The notes under the pieces were generated by a model, which was not told the DNA's origin, did no database searches, and was given only the letters and a program-made list of their open reading frames with translations. From the UHGV virus genome UHGV-0124967: a stretch of 52,734 nucleotides of DNA; one strand, written 5' to 3'. This document shows, piece by piece, positions 1 through 9,677 of the stretch (position 1 is the stretch's first letter; every line of letters starts with the position of its first letter). Made by a program: the position numbers and the translations under genes. This DNA comes from a virus.

Positions 1-1646
1 GTTTCGCTGCTTAACTTACCGTTACTGACTACACATGTGGACCGTTCGGACTTTACCCGCATACCAATAAGCATTTTTTCCAGCCCGGCATTTTCATTTA
101 TTCGTCGGTCTGAACCACCTATATCACAATACGGAAAACCGTCGTACCCACCTGATGAACCAAACCCCATTACGATCCCCGCATCTGCCTGATGCCGGTA
201 TGTGTCAAAAACACGCGGTGCTGCATTTGGCGTTTTATACCAGTTCTTATGTACCTCACAAAGAACCGTAAAAGGAAGATTATAAAGGTTATTCTTGATT
301 GGGACTATCACCATATCGCTTGCCCGCGTTGCTGGTGTCGACCCCGTAACAATAAAAGATGATGCGCCTGCACCAGCCTCAATCTGTGGAGTGGTTACAT
401 CGAGACAATCCCCTGATGCCACCATCTGACCTGTATCCGGAGAATACTGGACTAAACCACCAACCGTATTTTCTGTTGTATTTGCTTTTAATGTAGCCTC
501 AAAAAATATCCAGCCAGTTGCATCATCCTTAACAGACCTTGCTGTAACACGGCTTGTCTGACCTGTCTTGCTAATTATGCGGGTGGTAAGGTTCAGGCTT
601 GCTGTTCCTATTGATGTACTTCCCTCCCCATCATAATGTTCAAATAAAATACGAACGGCGATATTATCAACTTCACTTTTTACCCGACAGGATATAGTTA
701 CATACTTTTCGTCCCCTGAAGTATCAACCCCTCCGGCACTCGAATACAGTCCGATAATGGTATGCGCTTTATTTGTACCAACAATCGAATCCCGTACGAC
801 AAACCGGCCATAATTAAACCCAAAACTATCTGTGCCTGTTTCTGTAACGTCCAGTGAATTTGACTTATTCCACTTCGAAGGGTCTGTACTGTTTATTAAC
901 AGGTTTGTGCGCGTCCCCTCAATCAGTAATCCTTCGCGTTCAAAACGTGGCTCATTAATACCAGCCACAGTTAAAACACCTGATTTGTTAATGTAAGTAG
1001 CAGTGCTTACGCGTGAGAAAGAAACAACTTTATCTGATGATATTGTTTTTTCTTCCCCATTAATGGTTACTTTTTTAGTACCAGGGCCGTAGCCCGTGAT
1101 CATATCGAGAGAATCGTTAAACGGTATCCATACGTCCGGCAGCGGTTGCAAAACATACGCGTAAGGCTGTGCGGTCTGATTGGCGTATTCGTGGGCTTCG
1201 TCTCTGTATGTCTTAGCTGAATCGGCTGCGCTTGTCGCTGTTGTTGCAGCGTTGGTTGCAGTGGTAGCTGATTGTGATGCTAATTTTGAGGCTGAAATCA
1301 CATCTTTGTTGTCGCTAAAAAATTCAACTGCGTCCGCTATTTCTGATTCTTTGCCCTGATAGTAACGCAGTGTTTCGGCGACATCCTGAGCAAGACCATC
1401 CACAGAGATCGAATCTGAAAGCAGGATGCTAAATTTAGTTCCAGCCGGAATAGCCGGACTTGCCGCAGGAGTTACCGACAAACTTGTTGCGCTTTTTACC
1501 TTTGTGATTGAAAAAATCTGCACCGGATCGCTAATGGCAATAAGAGTGCAACCCACTCTGATCAGAGATAATGCGGCGTTGAATTCAGTCCCTGCCCCGG
1601 TAACTGTGTTTCCGCTAACAGCTATAGTGCCTGTTGTGTAAATCAT
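1..1646 (-). CDS. tail fibre protein, N-terminal ~548 codons; 3' end beyond window start
   Basis: Minus-strand frame open from ATG 1646..1644 (GGAG complement at 1655-1658) to position 1, absent from ORF track only because it runs off the edge. Begins MIYTTGTIAVSGNTVTGAGTEF. Lies downstream of J. Confidence 0.7.
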   Translation of the reverse strand, partial: MIYTTGTIAVSGNTVTGAGTEFNAALSLIRVGCTLIAISDPVQIFSITKVKSATSLSVTPAASPAIPAGTKFSILLSDSISVDGLAQDVAETLRYYQGKESEIADAVEFFSDNKDVISASKLASQSATTATNAATTATSAADSAKTYRDEAHEYANQTAQPYAYVLQPLPDVWIPFNDSLDMITGYGPGTKKVTINGEEKTISSDKVVSFSRVSTATYINKSGVLTVAGINEPRFEREGLLIEGTRTNLLINSTDPSKWNKSNSLDVTETGTDSFGFNYGRFVVRDSIVGTNKAHTIIGLYSSAGGVDTSGDEKYVTISCRVKSEVDNIAVRILFEHYDGEGSTSIGTASLNLTTRIISKTGQTSRVTARSVKDDATGWIFFEATLKANTTENTVGGLVQYSPDTGQMVASGDCLDVTTPQIEAGAGASSFIVTGSTPATRASDMVIVPIKNNLYNLPFTVLCEVHKNWYKTPNAAPRVFDTYRHQADAGIVMGFGSSGGYDGFPYCDIGGSDRRINENAGLEKMLIGMRVKSERSTCVVSNGKLSSE

Positions 1647-1843
1647 CGCAATAACTCCGTTTTGTTAATTAACTAAACAATTCTACCATTTTGTGATCTG
1701 TGTTACACTTTGGGCTTATACATAATGTGTTTTTTGATCTATATCAACATACGAAATGATAGCTTCTGCGGTGATTTGCTCATCGGATGGGTGGATCATC
1801 ACGAACAACAAATGACAGTAAAACAAACAGTAAGGTGAATACA

Positions 1844-2089
1844 ATGAAAAAACTAATTGTTGCTTGCATCTTATCAGCTCTGTCTTTTGGTGCTTTTGCT
1901 TCTGTAAATTCGACAGATAAGAGTGATGCTGGCACTGCTCAATATGGTGATACTGGCCTTGATAACCAACGTTCGAGTTATTTCAATACTGACTCATGGA
2001 AAGAAAAACAACTACAAGGTAAAATTATTGACAGTGAATGTAATTTACCTATCCATTTTTCTGGTGTAAATGATGGGTGTAAAAAATAA
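1844..2089 (+). CDS. small secreted protein, 81 aa (tail-region moron), function unknown
   Basis: ATG at 1844 with AAGGTGA 8 nt upstream; MKKLIVACILSALSFGAFA looks like a cleavable signal peptide; two Cys in mature part; opposite strand to flanking tail genes. Confidence 0.55.
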   Translation: MKKLIVACILSALSFGAFASVNSTDKSDAGTAQYGDTGLDNQRSSYFNTDSWKEKQLQGKIIDSECNLPIHFSGVNDGCKK

Positions 2090-2100
2090 AAACAATGCAT

Positions 2101-2130
2101 AAAAAAAACGGGGCTTATGCCCCGTTTTTT
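2101..2130. terminator. bidirectional rho-independent terminator
   Basis: A8-CGGGGC-TTAT-GCCCCG-T6: perfect hairpin flanked by A-run and T-run; follows the plus-strand moron and overlaps the J stop codon. Confidence 0.75.
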
Positions 2131-5100
2131 ATGCTGTCGTTGATGTTCTAAATGATCCGGTGCCTCTTGCTACTATCATTGTTGGAGAATACAACGCGGT
2201 ACAATATGCGTATCCTTTAGATGATGATGTTTGAGGACAATATATTTTCCCGATAATATCTGATGCTTCTAAACCAGAAAAAGCGCATTGCACTGTTAAT
2301 GTGCATCCACCATAAGGCACGTAATATGAAATTGTTTTGTTTTTATCTCCGCAACTAAACGTTACGTTATAAATGGATCTATATTCACCAGACATTAATG
2401 AAATAGTCGCCATAAGCATAACTGATTTCGTCAATGCATTATCCGTGCTGTCTTTATATGTGATGGTTGCGCTATAACTTTCGTTATGCCCAAGCACTCG
2501 ATCTGGACCAACCCCCATGTTAGCAACGTCACCGACAAATGACTTTGCCTCTACTGTACCTTTAAACTTCCCGCTTGTGGCCTGAATCTCACCAGTGAAT
2601 TTACCAGATGTTGCGTACACCGTACCGCGTACAGTGACGTTGTTGAACTCCGCATTGCCGTTTTTATTTAGCATCCAGCCATCCGAACCAGCTTTATAGT
2701 TGGTTGACTGAATTTGCTGCGCAATCTTCGCGGTAGTGATTGATGCGTCTCTGATCCACGCATCACGGATGTAGCAAGCACCGTTAGTAACATAGAACGG
2801 GGTCTGATAGGAGCCACCTGCCGCAGTCATAAGCACGAAACTGTCAACGAGGAAAATACACCGCGATTGAACGTTAGTCCCGCTACCAGTAAGGCCGAGC
2901 GACATTCCTGTAGCGTATTTCATACCGTTTTTATCAGTGGCAATCTTAATTGAATATGACGCATCAACGTTACCTTTGAAGTCAGTCAGTGCTTTTGATG
3001 TCGTTTCTATCGCCGTTGTGTTTCCGTTAATAGTTACTTTCAACTGGTCGATTCTGGTTGACAATGCCTCGTCTGCCGTTGCCATAGCCTGTGACCATTC
3101 CGTGATGCTTGAGTTTACATCGTCGAAAGATGCCGAGATCTGGCCAAATTTTTCCGCGCTTGATGTTTCATGCGTAGAAAGTGCAGTTGACACTTCGGAT
3201 ACTTTCGAATTAATCGTACTGGTAAGCGATGAGTTAAGGCTGCTGATTGCGTCAGTGCGTGCATTCTTCTCATCTGCGATCGCTTTATCCATCCTAGTTA
3301 CGTTGCTTGTCACCTTGCTATCGAGCGTGGAAATTGACGCATTAACCCCGCTAATAGCTTCTGCGCGTGTGCTTGATTCGTCAGCGATAGCTTGATCAAG
3401 ACGGCTAACACTGGCATTTGTGTTATTTTCAAGCGTTGTTAAATCAGCTTTAACCTCTGTTATTGCGTCGCTTCTTGCCTGCGTTTCATCTGATATTGCC
3501 TTATCGAGGCGCTTAACACTGGCGTCAGTTTTCTTGTCAAGCGTTGAGATACTTGCGTTCACGTCGCTGATAGCCTGAGTACGCGCACTTGTTTCGTCTG
3601 CAATTGCCCGATCAAGACGGTTTACGCTGGCGTCAGTTTTCTTGTCAAGATTGCTTATTGAGGCATTTACACCGTTAATAGCTTCAGCGCGAGCGCTGGC
3701 CTCGTCAGCTACTGCGCGTTGCACATTAGAGATCTGACCTTTAAGGTTTGTGTCCATCACATTCATTTCTGCCGTGATGGTTTCCAGTGATTCCGCTGTC
3801 GCTTTTTTCTCTTCAGCGATAACGTTGTCAATGCGGTCAATTTCCGCTTTCGTCTCTGTCCTGCCTTTCTTGTACTGAGCGGTAAGAGTTACGCGAGTGT
3901 TAGTCTGTGCAAGCGAGTTATTAATAAGAGCAAGTGAGGCGTTTTGCAGACTTGCTTTTGCTTGCGCCAGTTCGCTGCCAACTTTTTCGCTAGACACCTC
4001 CAGCGAGTCGATTCTCGACTCATGCTGTCCAATATCATCGGAGTTTTCCTTAACTATTTTATAAAGATCTTCCGTTTCTTTTTTGAGCGTATCAGTATCA
4101 GCTTTTATTGATCCTGTTTCTATGGTTAGGTTGTCAGTAGCAGTTTTAAGGTCATTCGTAGCGCTTTCGATAAGATCAGTGCGGTCGCCTAGATCTTTAA
4201 TGTCACCAACCATTTCTTTAAATTGTTCGGAATTCATTACGTCTTTGGTGACGTAATCGGTAATTTCATCAAAGTTTTCTGTTGGCTTACCTGACGCTTC
4301 CACAAAGTCAGACACACCAAAAGCGTTACGCGCGCGCACATAAACGTAATATGTGTGACCTGTATTCATGCCGCCAAACGTCCACTGATGACCACGCCCG
4401 GTATATTGTGCTTTAGTGGTTATTGATGCCGGATCAGTGATCTGCGTTTCACCTGAGTAATAAAACTCGTAACTGGTATCAGTGGTGAGCATTGTTCTGC
4501 TGATCGGGTAAACTGTAGCCTGGAATACACCGGGAACCCAATTAACGCCAACTGGGGCCGCTGGTGCGCCAATAACCAGATCGACAATGCTTTCCGCACC
4601 CTTCATGCCCGTGTCATTTCTGCCACGAATGCCTAATGAGTAGTTGCCAGCATCAATGCCATAAAAATCATAACTGTAATTCGTGGTTTCGTAGCTTTTA
4701 ACTACAGCGCCTTCGGCGTTATACACGCGAATCTCAAAGGTCAGGCGACGCGTTGTCGTCTGTGTTTCCCATGTTGCGCGACATTGAACCGTTTCAGATC
4801 CAACGTTTAACACCTTCAGATTTTCAATGTTCGGCACGCGGAAGTGATTAAGCGTGTCGTTATTGATCTCGAAGATTGCGCCATTATCGACTTCGGCCTG
4901 CTTATGTGGATCATGCTGTGCGGCCTCGATGGTGTATACGCTGTTATTTTCTGTTTCTGCTACACTGGTGATTCGACATAAAACGGGTTTTGCTGCGTTG
5001 GTTGATACAGCAAAAACAGTGCCGTTACGAATCCACGCCGGGGCGGCTGCAAGGGTGATAATGTTCCCGTTAACTCCGATGATCTGGTGTTTTTTAAATT

Positions 5101-6682
5101 TACCATCGCTATCAAGTAAGCTGATGGTGTCGCCAGCCGCGATATATTCAGAATCAACCTTGTCGACCGTGATCGCTCTGCCATTGTTCGCCACGATGCG
5201 ACCGCCTAAACGAGCGCCTGCGCGATTATTATCGAGGATCTCGATTATATCCCCCGGCGTAAAGTGAATGGCGTCACGGGCCATTTTAAATGTGAATTTT
5301 GACGGCTCGCGTTTCGCTGTTTCGATCAGCCATTTACCAGCGCGGTGCGCTTGCCCGCGTGAAGTGCAACCGAACGCCTCCAACGTGGTTTCGTTATAAC
5401 CATCACGGGCGATTAGTTTATCATCTGCGACATATTCTTTTGATTGCTCCCAGCCGTTTTCAGGGTCAGTCCAGGATACGATCACGGCGTTGTAGCATTC
5501 TGCGCGTGCGATACTTGAACGAGTAAACGCGCCATCAACGACGTTTGCATTTGTGATGGTGGCGATTGGATCTTGTGGCGCATCAATCATCACGGTAAGA
5601 CGTTGTCCGTCCCATAACGCGATACCACGGAACATACCTGCGATGTTATCCAGTAGGTCGCGGGCGCTCATTTGCTCCGTAATGTAAGCGTTAAGCGTCA
5701 TGCGAGGTTCAAGGCCACCATAGCCATCATCAACCAACTGATCGCAGTATTGAGAAAGCACGTACAAAGCGCCATCATCAACATCAATGTAACCAGCATG
5801 TCGAGCAAGTCCAAAGCGCTCGTTTTTAACCAGATACCGGAAAAGCCATGCAGGGTTATTGGTATACGCCTTTTTAAATCCACCAAGCCATAAACCTGAA
5901 TATGTGCGCGTTTCAGGGTTGTAGTTGTCAGGCACATCAACAATCAGGCCGCGAAGGTGATAGGTGCGGGTAGGCGTATCAGTATACTGATCATGGTCAA
6001 TTACGGCGCCAGCTACAGCGGTATGAGGATAAGACAGATTATCATCTATTATTTCGCTGTAACTACTCCACCGCGTATCATTCCGCAATAGATCGCTGTT
6101 GCTGTCTGGTGTTGTGCGACGAACGCGAATATCAAACGGTTTTTCATCCGGCGCTTTAATGATGTGAGCTTCCAGGTATTCACCGCTTTGTTTACCAGGG
6201 CCAATGTGTATGTCTTTAATCGGCGACCACGTAGAAGATGATGACGGTTTAACATCAACCATCAACATGACGGATGTATTACATTGATTGCCCTTTTCAT
6301 CTGACTGAACGAGAGCATCAACACCAAGATTCAACCTGACGCGGGTAACGTTTGGATCTGAAACAGTCCTGATTATTGGTGTGTCGTGAGTTACCTTTGC
6401 GTTGACAATAACGGTTGACTCAATGGCGTTAAAACCATTAATCGGCGATTGGTCAGCCGTGCCGTTGCGCCAGGCTATACTAATCCCCGGAATTGATGTA
6501 TTCCCGTTTGCGTCAGTAACAGGAGTGTCATTAAGCATCACGTCATTCAATGGCGCTTTCTGGTTTACCGGACCGTATATCGGCCCTTCGCTGAGAATAT
6601 CTAAAACACGATAAAACTGTTTGTGATACAGGTTATCGTTCAATAATGTTGGTGTTTTGGCTTTGCCGCCGCCGCTACTCAT
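2129..6682 (-). CDS. J: tail tip / host specificity protein J, 1517 aa, with extended C-terminal region
   Basis: Very large ORF after tail assembly genes I/K/L; AGGAG RBS; N-terminal two-thirds reads like lambda J family; C-terminal third has coiled-coil repeats and a distal domain. Confidence 0.9.
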   Translation of the reverse strand: MSSGGGKAKTPTLLNDNLYHKQFYRVLDILSEGPIYGPVNQKAPLNDVMLNDTPVTDANGNTSIPGISIAWRNGTADQSPINGFNAIESTVIVNAKVTHDTPIIRTVSDPNVTRVRLNLGVDALVQSDEKGNQCNTSVMLMVDVKPSSSSTWSPIKDIHIGPGKQSGEYLEAHIIKAPDEKPFDIRVRRTTPDSNSDLLRNDTRWSSYSEIIDDNLSYPHTAVAGAVIDHDQYTDTPTRTYHLRGLIVDVPDNYNPETRTYSGLWLGGFKKAYTNNPAWLFRYLVKNERFGLARHAGYIDVDDGALYVLSQYCDQLVDDGYGGLEPRMTLNAYITEQMSARDLLDNIAGMFRGIALWDGQRLTVMIDAPQDPIATITNANVVDGAFTRSSIARAECYNAVIVSWTDPENGWEQSKEYVADDKLIARDGYNETTLEAFGCTSRGQAHRAGKWLIETAKREPSKFTFKMARDAIHFTPGDIIEILDNNRAGARLGGRIVANNGRAITVDKVDSEYIAAGDTISLLDSDGKFKKHQIIGVNGNIITLAAAPAWIRNGTVFAVSTNAAKPVLCRITSVAETENNSVYTIEAAQHDPHKQAEVDNGAIFEINNDTLNHFRVPNIENLKVLNVGSETVQCRATWETQTTTRRLTFEIRVYNAEGAVVKSYETTNYSYDFYGIDAGNYSLGIRGRNDTGMKGAESIVDLVIGAPAAPVGVNWVPGVFQATVYPISRTMLTTDTSYEFYYSGETQITDPASITTKAQYTGRGHQWTFGGMNTGHTYYVYVRARNAFGVSDFVEASGKPTENFDEITDYVTKDVMNSEQFKEMVGDIKDLGDRTDLIESATNDLKTATDNLTIETGSIKADTDTLKKETEDLYKIVKENSDDIGQHESRIDSLEVSSEKVGSELAQAKASLQNASLALINNSLAQTNTRVTLTAQYKKGRTETKAEIDRIDNVIAEEKKATAESLETITAEMNVMDTNLKGQISNVQRAVADEASARAEAINGVNASISNLDKKTDASVNRLDRAIADETSARTQAISDVNASISTLDKKTDASVKRLDKAISDETQARSDAITEVKADLTTLENNTNASVSRLDQAIADESSTRAEAISGVNASISTLDSKVTSNVTRMDKAIADEKNARTDAISSLNSSLTSTINSKVSEVSTALSTHETSSAEKFGQISASFDDVNSSITEWSQAMATADEALSTRIDQLKVTINGNTTAIETTSKALTDFKGNVDASYSIKIATDKNGMKYATGMSLGLTGSGTNVQSRCIFLVDSFVLMTAAGGSYQTPFYVTNGACYIRDAWIRDASITTAKIAQQIQSTNYKAGSDGWMLNKNGNAEFNNVTVRGTVYATSGKFTGEIQATSGKFKGTVEAKSFVGDVANMGVGPDRVLGHNESYSATITYKDSTDNALTKSVMLMATISLMSGEYRSIYNVTFSCGDKNKTISYYVPYGGCTLTVQCAFSGLEASDIIGKIYCPQTSSSKGYAYCTALYSPTMIVARGTGSFRTSTTA
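3200..3730 (-). repeat. about five tandem ~35-codon coiled-coil repeats inside J
   Basis: Protein repeats AIADETSARTQAISDVNASISTLDKKTDASVKRLDK and variants; the DNA repeats are visible by eye. Coordinates approximate. Confidence 0.6.
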
Positions 6683-6695
6683 GGTTTTTCTCCTG

Positions 6696-7226
6696 TTAAC
6701 TTACAACGTCTAAGGCGTCTTTATTGTTGCTTGTGTCTATGCCTAACGATCCGACGTTTGAACCTATTTTCATTTCACCTAATAGTATTGGCACTGGTCT
6801 ACCCTGGCCCACCTTGTTTTCAATGCTGGTGTAGGTGTTGTTCGTTATGGTGTTATCTTGTGCGCTTTCTGCCGATGTTTTTATCTTCATGTTGCGGGAC
6901 ATAAAGATTGAGAACGCAACGCTAACCACCGAAACACCAATCAGGATCCAGCCTACAACACCAATCCCAGCAATACCGCCTTCAACTACTGGCGCAATAA
7001 TGACGGTAGTTCCGTCAGGGTATTTACTATTAACCGCTGCCGGGGCCGTCTTTTCGTTATAATCTTTCCCGGCAATCCGTAACCGCAAAGGTGTATTTAA
7101 AAAAGCCTTCTTGAACTCCTGATTCTGCGCGGTCAATAGGCTAAGTCCTTGTGCTGGCGTATCAACGTTTAAACACACTTTGCCGTAATATCTTCGAAGA
7201 TTGCCCGTAAATCTAAATTTGAGCAT
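6696..7226 (-). CDS. I: tail assembly protein, lambda I-like
   Basis: 176 aa between K and J; GGAG RBS; central hydrophobic stretch GGIAGIGVVGWILIGVSVVSVAF as in I-family proteins. Confidence 0.6.
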   Translation of the reverse strand: MLKFRFTGNLRRYYGKVCLNVDTPAQGLSLLTAQNQEFKKAFLNTPLRLRIAGKDYNEKTAPAAVNSKYPDGTTVIIAPVVEGGIAGIGVVGWILIGVSVVSVAFSIFMSRNMKIKTSAESAQDNTITNNTYTSIENKVGQGRPVPILLGEMKIGSNVGSLGIDTSNNKDALDVVS

Positions 7227-7900
7227 TTGTCAGATCTCCATATTGAATGCGTTTGTCGAACATACGCGGGCCGCATTTGCTCGCGGCGGCTTAGCAGTCC
7301 GGCATTGTCATGATGCAAAACAGTGTTATCGCCCAGGTAAATCATCGCGTGACATGGGTCAGCACCCTTGAACGGCTGGCGAATAATCACGTCACCAGGC
7401 TGAATGCTTTGCGCATCAACCATGAAAAACCCGTTCAATGGCAGGTTTTTTATGTACAGGTTTTCCCCACGCAGCCACCACCCATCGTGGCGTTCAAAGT
7501 CAGGCAGATCCACGCCGCAAAGGTGATAGGCGTCACGAAAAAGCGAGTAGCAATCTGTTTTCCCGTGTTCAAATTTACGGCCTAACAGGTGCGCCACCGG
7601 GCGGAATTTCCTCACCATGCCACCGGAACATAAAAACCACGGCAGGCCGGAAATAACCTGCTGTTGTCGATCCCGTGCCGACAATACCGGAATATCTTCA
7701 ACGTGAGAGTGGAAAACGGCTGTTATAACGCCCAATTCGTCAGCTTTGATATAATCGTCAGGCGAGATTTTAAAGCTGTTGTGCGGCGTTTCAGACACGT
7801 TAGCGCACGGGTAAAAATAATCGTTATCTATCACCAGCCCGCACACTTCCTCGCGCGGGTGGGCTGCTGCATAGCGAATCATTTTATCTTCAAGTGCCAT
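7169..7900 (-). CDS. K: tail assembly protein K (JAB/MPN-like plus NlpC/P60-like)
   Basis: First ATG with RBS (AAGGTGG) is at 7900, 2 nt after the L stop; track ORF extends to 7996 with a non-ATG start. JAMM-like motif FHSHVEDIPVLSARD. Confidence 0.8.
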   Translation of the reverse strand: MALEDKMIRYAAAHPREEVCGLVIDNDYFYPCANVSETPHNSFKISPDDYIKADELGVITAVFHSHVEDIPVLSARDRQQQVISGLPWFLCSGGMVRKFRPVAHLLGRKFEHGKTDCYSLFRDAYHLCGVDLPDFERHDGWWLRGENLYIKNLPLNGFFMVDAQSIQPGDVIIRQPFKGADPCHAMIYLGDNTVLHHDNAGLLSRREQMRPAYVRQTHSIWRSDKCSNLDLRAIFEDITAKCV

Positions 7901-7902
7901 AA

Positions 7903-8607
7903 TCAACCCACCTTGCTCGATCCTGGGAAACATGAAATTGGTAACGGATTCGGGCGCGGGAAACGTAAACGGCAACCGCTCAGGCGGTGGCTGCATTTAT
8001 CCAGCTTTGGATCGCTGGTCGATTCGTCTTTATCAGTAGCTACAGGGCCGCCACTGTATCCGCAACCGTCGCCGCGATATTGCCATTGGCAAACGTCAGC
8101 AAGGATTGTGCGCCCTGGGATAACCGCCTTGTCAGCATCAATTGGCGTTGACAGCTCATATTGCACCTGGTCGGCTGTTTCTTCGCTCATCGCCTCAACG
8201 ACGTAAAAAGACACCGCCTCGATAGACGGATCTGCATCCGGGTTGCCGTTGGGGAAGTTGATGGCGTCCAGGTATTTTACTTCCACCTGGCGGCGTGTAA
8301 CTTTCATTCCTCGCAGGTCGTTGAAATCGTTATTCATCCCAGTGATTAGGCCGCCAATGTTGGCTACAACCATTTGCGGGCGTGAATAGACACCCTCGTT
8401 TTTCATTTCGAAGCCAGTGGCCTCGATAGGGTAGCTGTTGTAAGCCACCCCCTTCCAGATAACCGGGCCGTAATGGCCATTCACGCCGGAATGGAAGCGG
8501 ATAACCTCGCCACCCAGGGGCGTGAGGTCTAATTCAAACAAGTCAATTACCGCGCCGACTCCGGCATCGACGGAATCAATAATCATTTCTCTCGGAATAT
8601 TGCGCAT
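7903..8607 (-). CDS. L: minor tail protein L
   Basis: 234 aa, AAGGTGAG RBS, position upstream of K; Cys-rich C-terminus typical of L family. Confidence 0.8.
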   Translation of the reverse strand: MRNIPREMIIDSVDAGVGAVIDLFELDLTPLGGEVIRFHSGVNGHYGPVIWKGVAYNSYPIEATGFEMKNEGVYSRPQMVVANIGGLITGMNNDFNDLRGMKVTRRQVEVKYLDAINFPNGNPDADPSIEAVSFYVVEAMSEETADQVQYELSTPIDADKAVIPGRTILADVCQWQYRGDGCGYSGGPVATDKDESTSDPKLDKCSHRLSGCRLRFPRPNPLPISCFPGSSKVG

Positions 8608-8661
8608 TTTCTCACCTTGTCATTCTGTGATCTGCGTCACGCTAAATCATACCAAAATGGA

Positions 8662-8690
8662 TTGATCGCGGTTTTTACAATATGTATATT
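8662..8690 (+). promoter_or_regulatory. putative sigma70 promoter for plus-strand moron operon
   Basis: TTGATC (8662-8667), 17-bp spacer, TATATT (8685-8690) with TG at 8683-8684; about 45 bp upstream of first moron gene. Confidence 0.45.
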
Positions 8691-8736
8691 TTACTCAAAC
8701 GGAAGCATAGTTAACAAAATGGCGCGGAGGTGCGTT

Positions 8737-8901
8737 ATGACTGAAAAGCTATGGAAGTTGACGGTATTCATGACAGACGGTAGGGAAAAGGTTATCGCCC
8801 TGTATGACGACGAGGGTGAAGCATTGGTTGACGCGCTTTTACTTGCTGAGGATGACCGCCTTTTGGGATACCAGATCGAACCTGTCAAATATGAGGGTTA
8901 G
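8737..8901 (+). CDS. hypothetical small acidic protein, 54 aa (moron)
   Basis: ATG 8737 with GGAGG 6 nt upstream; inside longer track ORF 8617..8901. Confidence 0.5.
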   Translation: MTEKLWKLTVFMTDGREKVIALYDDEGEALVDALLLAEDDRLLGYQIEPVKYEG

Positions 8902-8905
8902 CAAA

Positions 8906-9259
8906 ATGCAAAAGTATCGTCTTGATGTCTGGATGGCTGGTAGTGATGATTGGGAAGGTTACGGTTTGCATGACAGTTACGAAATGGCGGTCGAGGAAGG
9001 AGAAAAACTCGTTCGATTCTTCGGTCGCGCCAGAGAATTCAAAATTACTCCAGTACAAATACCGGATAAGGTGGAAGATATGAACCCGAAAGATATTAAT
9101 GGTAGCTTCACTGCTTATTATGCAGATTCTATGGACCAGTCTTGCCCTGGTGAAATACACGCAAAAGGTTTCCCGGCTGACGATCCAGAAGCAAAACGCG
9201 AATACGAAAAAGCGGCGAAAGATTTCTGTATCGATAACCTTTCAGCATTCGATAAATAA
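8906..9259 (+). CDS. hypothetical protein, 117 aa (moron)
   Basis: ATG 8906, 5 nt after previous stop, GAGGGT RBS; loosely resembles the preceding protein. Confidence 0.55.
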   Translation: MQKYRLDVWMAGSDDWEGYGLHDSYEMAVEEGEKLVRFFGRAREFKITPVQIPDKVEDMNPKDINGSFTAYYADSMDQSCPGEIHAKGFPADDPEAKREYEKAAKDFCIDNLSAFDK

Positions 9260-9268
9260 GGCGGCAAC

Positions 9269-9517
9269 ATGGGGCGGCGCAATTACGGTGATTATGTGTA
9301 CACGTTGAAACAGGCCGCCCGCCTCGTCGGTTATCATGAGCACGAATTTATTGATTTGATGATTGAGCGCGGGATACTGTACCAGGTCTGTTTAACGCTG
9401 TACCCAAAAGCGAAATACCTACAGGAAAAGTTATTCATCATCATGACAGATGAAAACCAGGTTAACCATTCATTCGTCACTGATAAGGGCGTTAATTATC
9501 TGCGTGATAACTTATAG
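9269..9517 (+). CDS. hypothetical protein, 82 aa (moron)
   Basis: ATG 9269 following previous gene; same strand and spacing. Confidence 0.5.
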   Translation: MGRRNYGDYVYTLKQAARLVGYHEHEFIDLMIERGILYQVCLTLYPKAKYLQEKLFIIMTDENQVNHSFVTDKGVNYLRDNL

Positions 9518-9527
9518 GTGACAGATT

Positions 9528-9644
9528 ATGAAAATAGAAGTTTTGGCGCTAATAATAATGGGATTGATAGTATTTGGCGTTCATTCTGTAGATCTGGACT
9601 GGAAAACGATAGCAGAAAATATAGCATTAATGGAAATGGAATAA
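9528..9644 (+). CDS. putative small membrane protein, 38 aa
   Basis: ATG 9528 with AGGTGA RBS; MKIEVLALIIMGLIVFGVHS hydrophobic; below ORF-track size cutoff. Confidence 0.35.
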   Translation: MKIEVLALIIMGLIVFGVHSVDLDWKTIAENIALMEME

Positions 9645-9650
9645 TAATAA

Positions 9651-9677
9651 CCCCGCTTCTCGCGGGGTCGTGTTTAT
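9651..9677 (+). terminator. rho-independent terminator ending the plus-strand moron operon
   Basis: CCCCGC-TTCTC-GCGGGG hairpin followed by T-rich TCGTGTTTAT. Confidence 0.6.

Noticed and set aside
2937-6614. Plus-strand track ORFs inside J (2937..3395, 4854..5267, 5299..5526, 5672..5893, 6402..6614) and minus-frame 4960..5184
   Set aside because: Antisense or out-of-frame shadows within a long, clearly coding gene; low-complexity translations; no RBS context.
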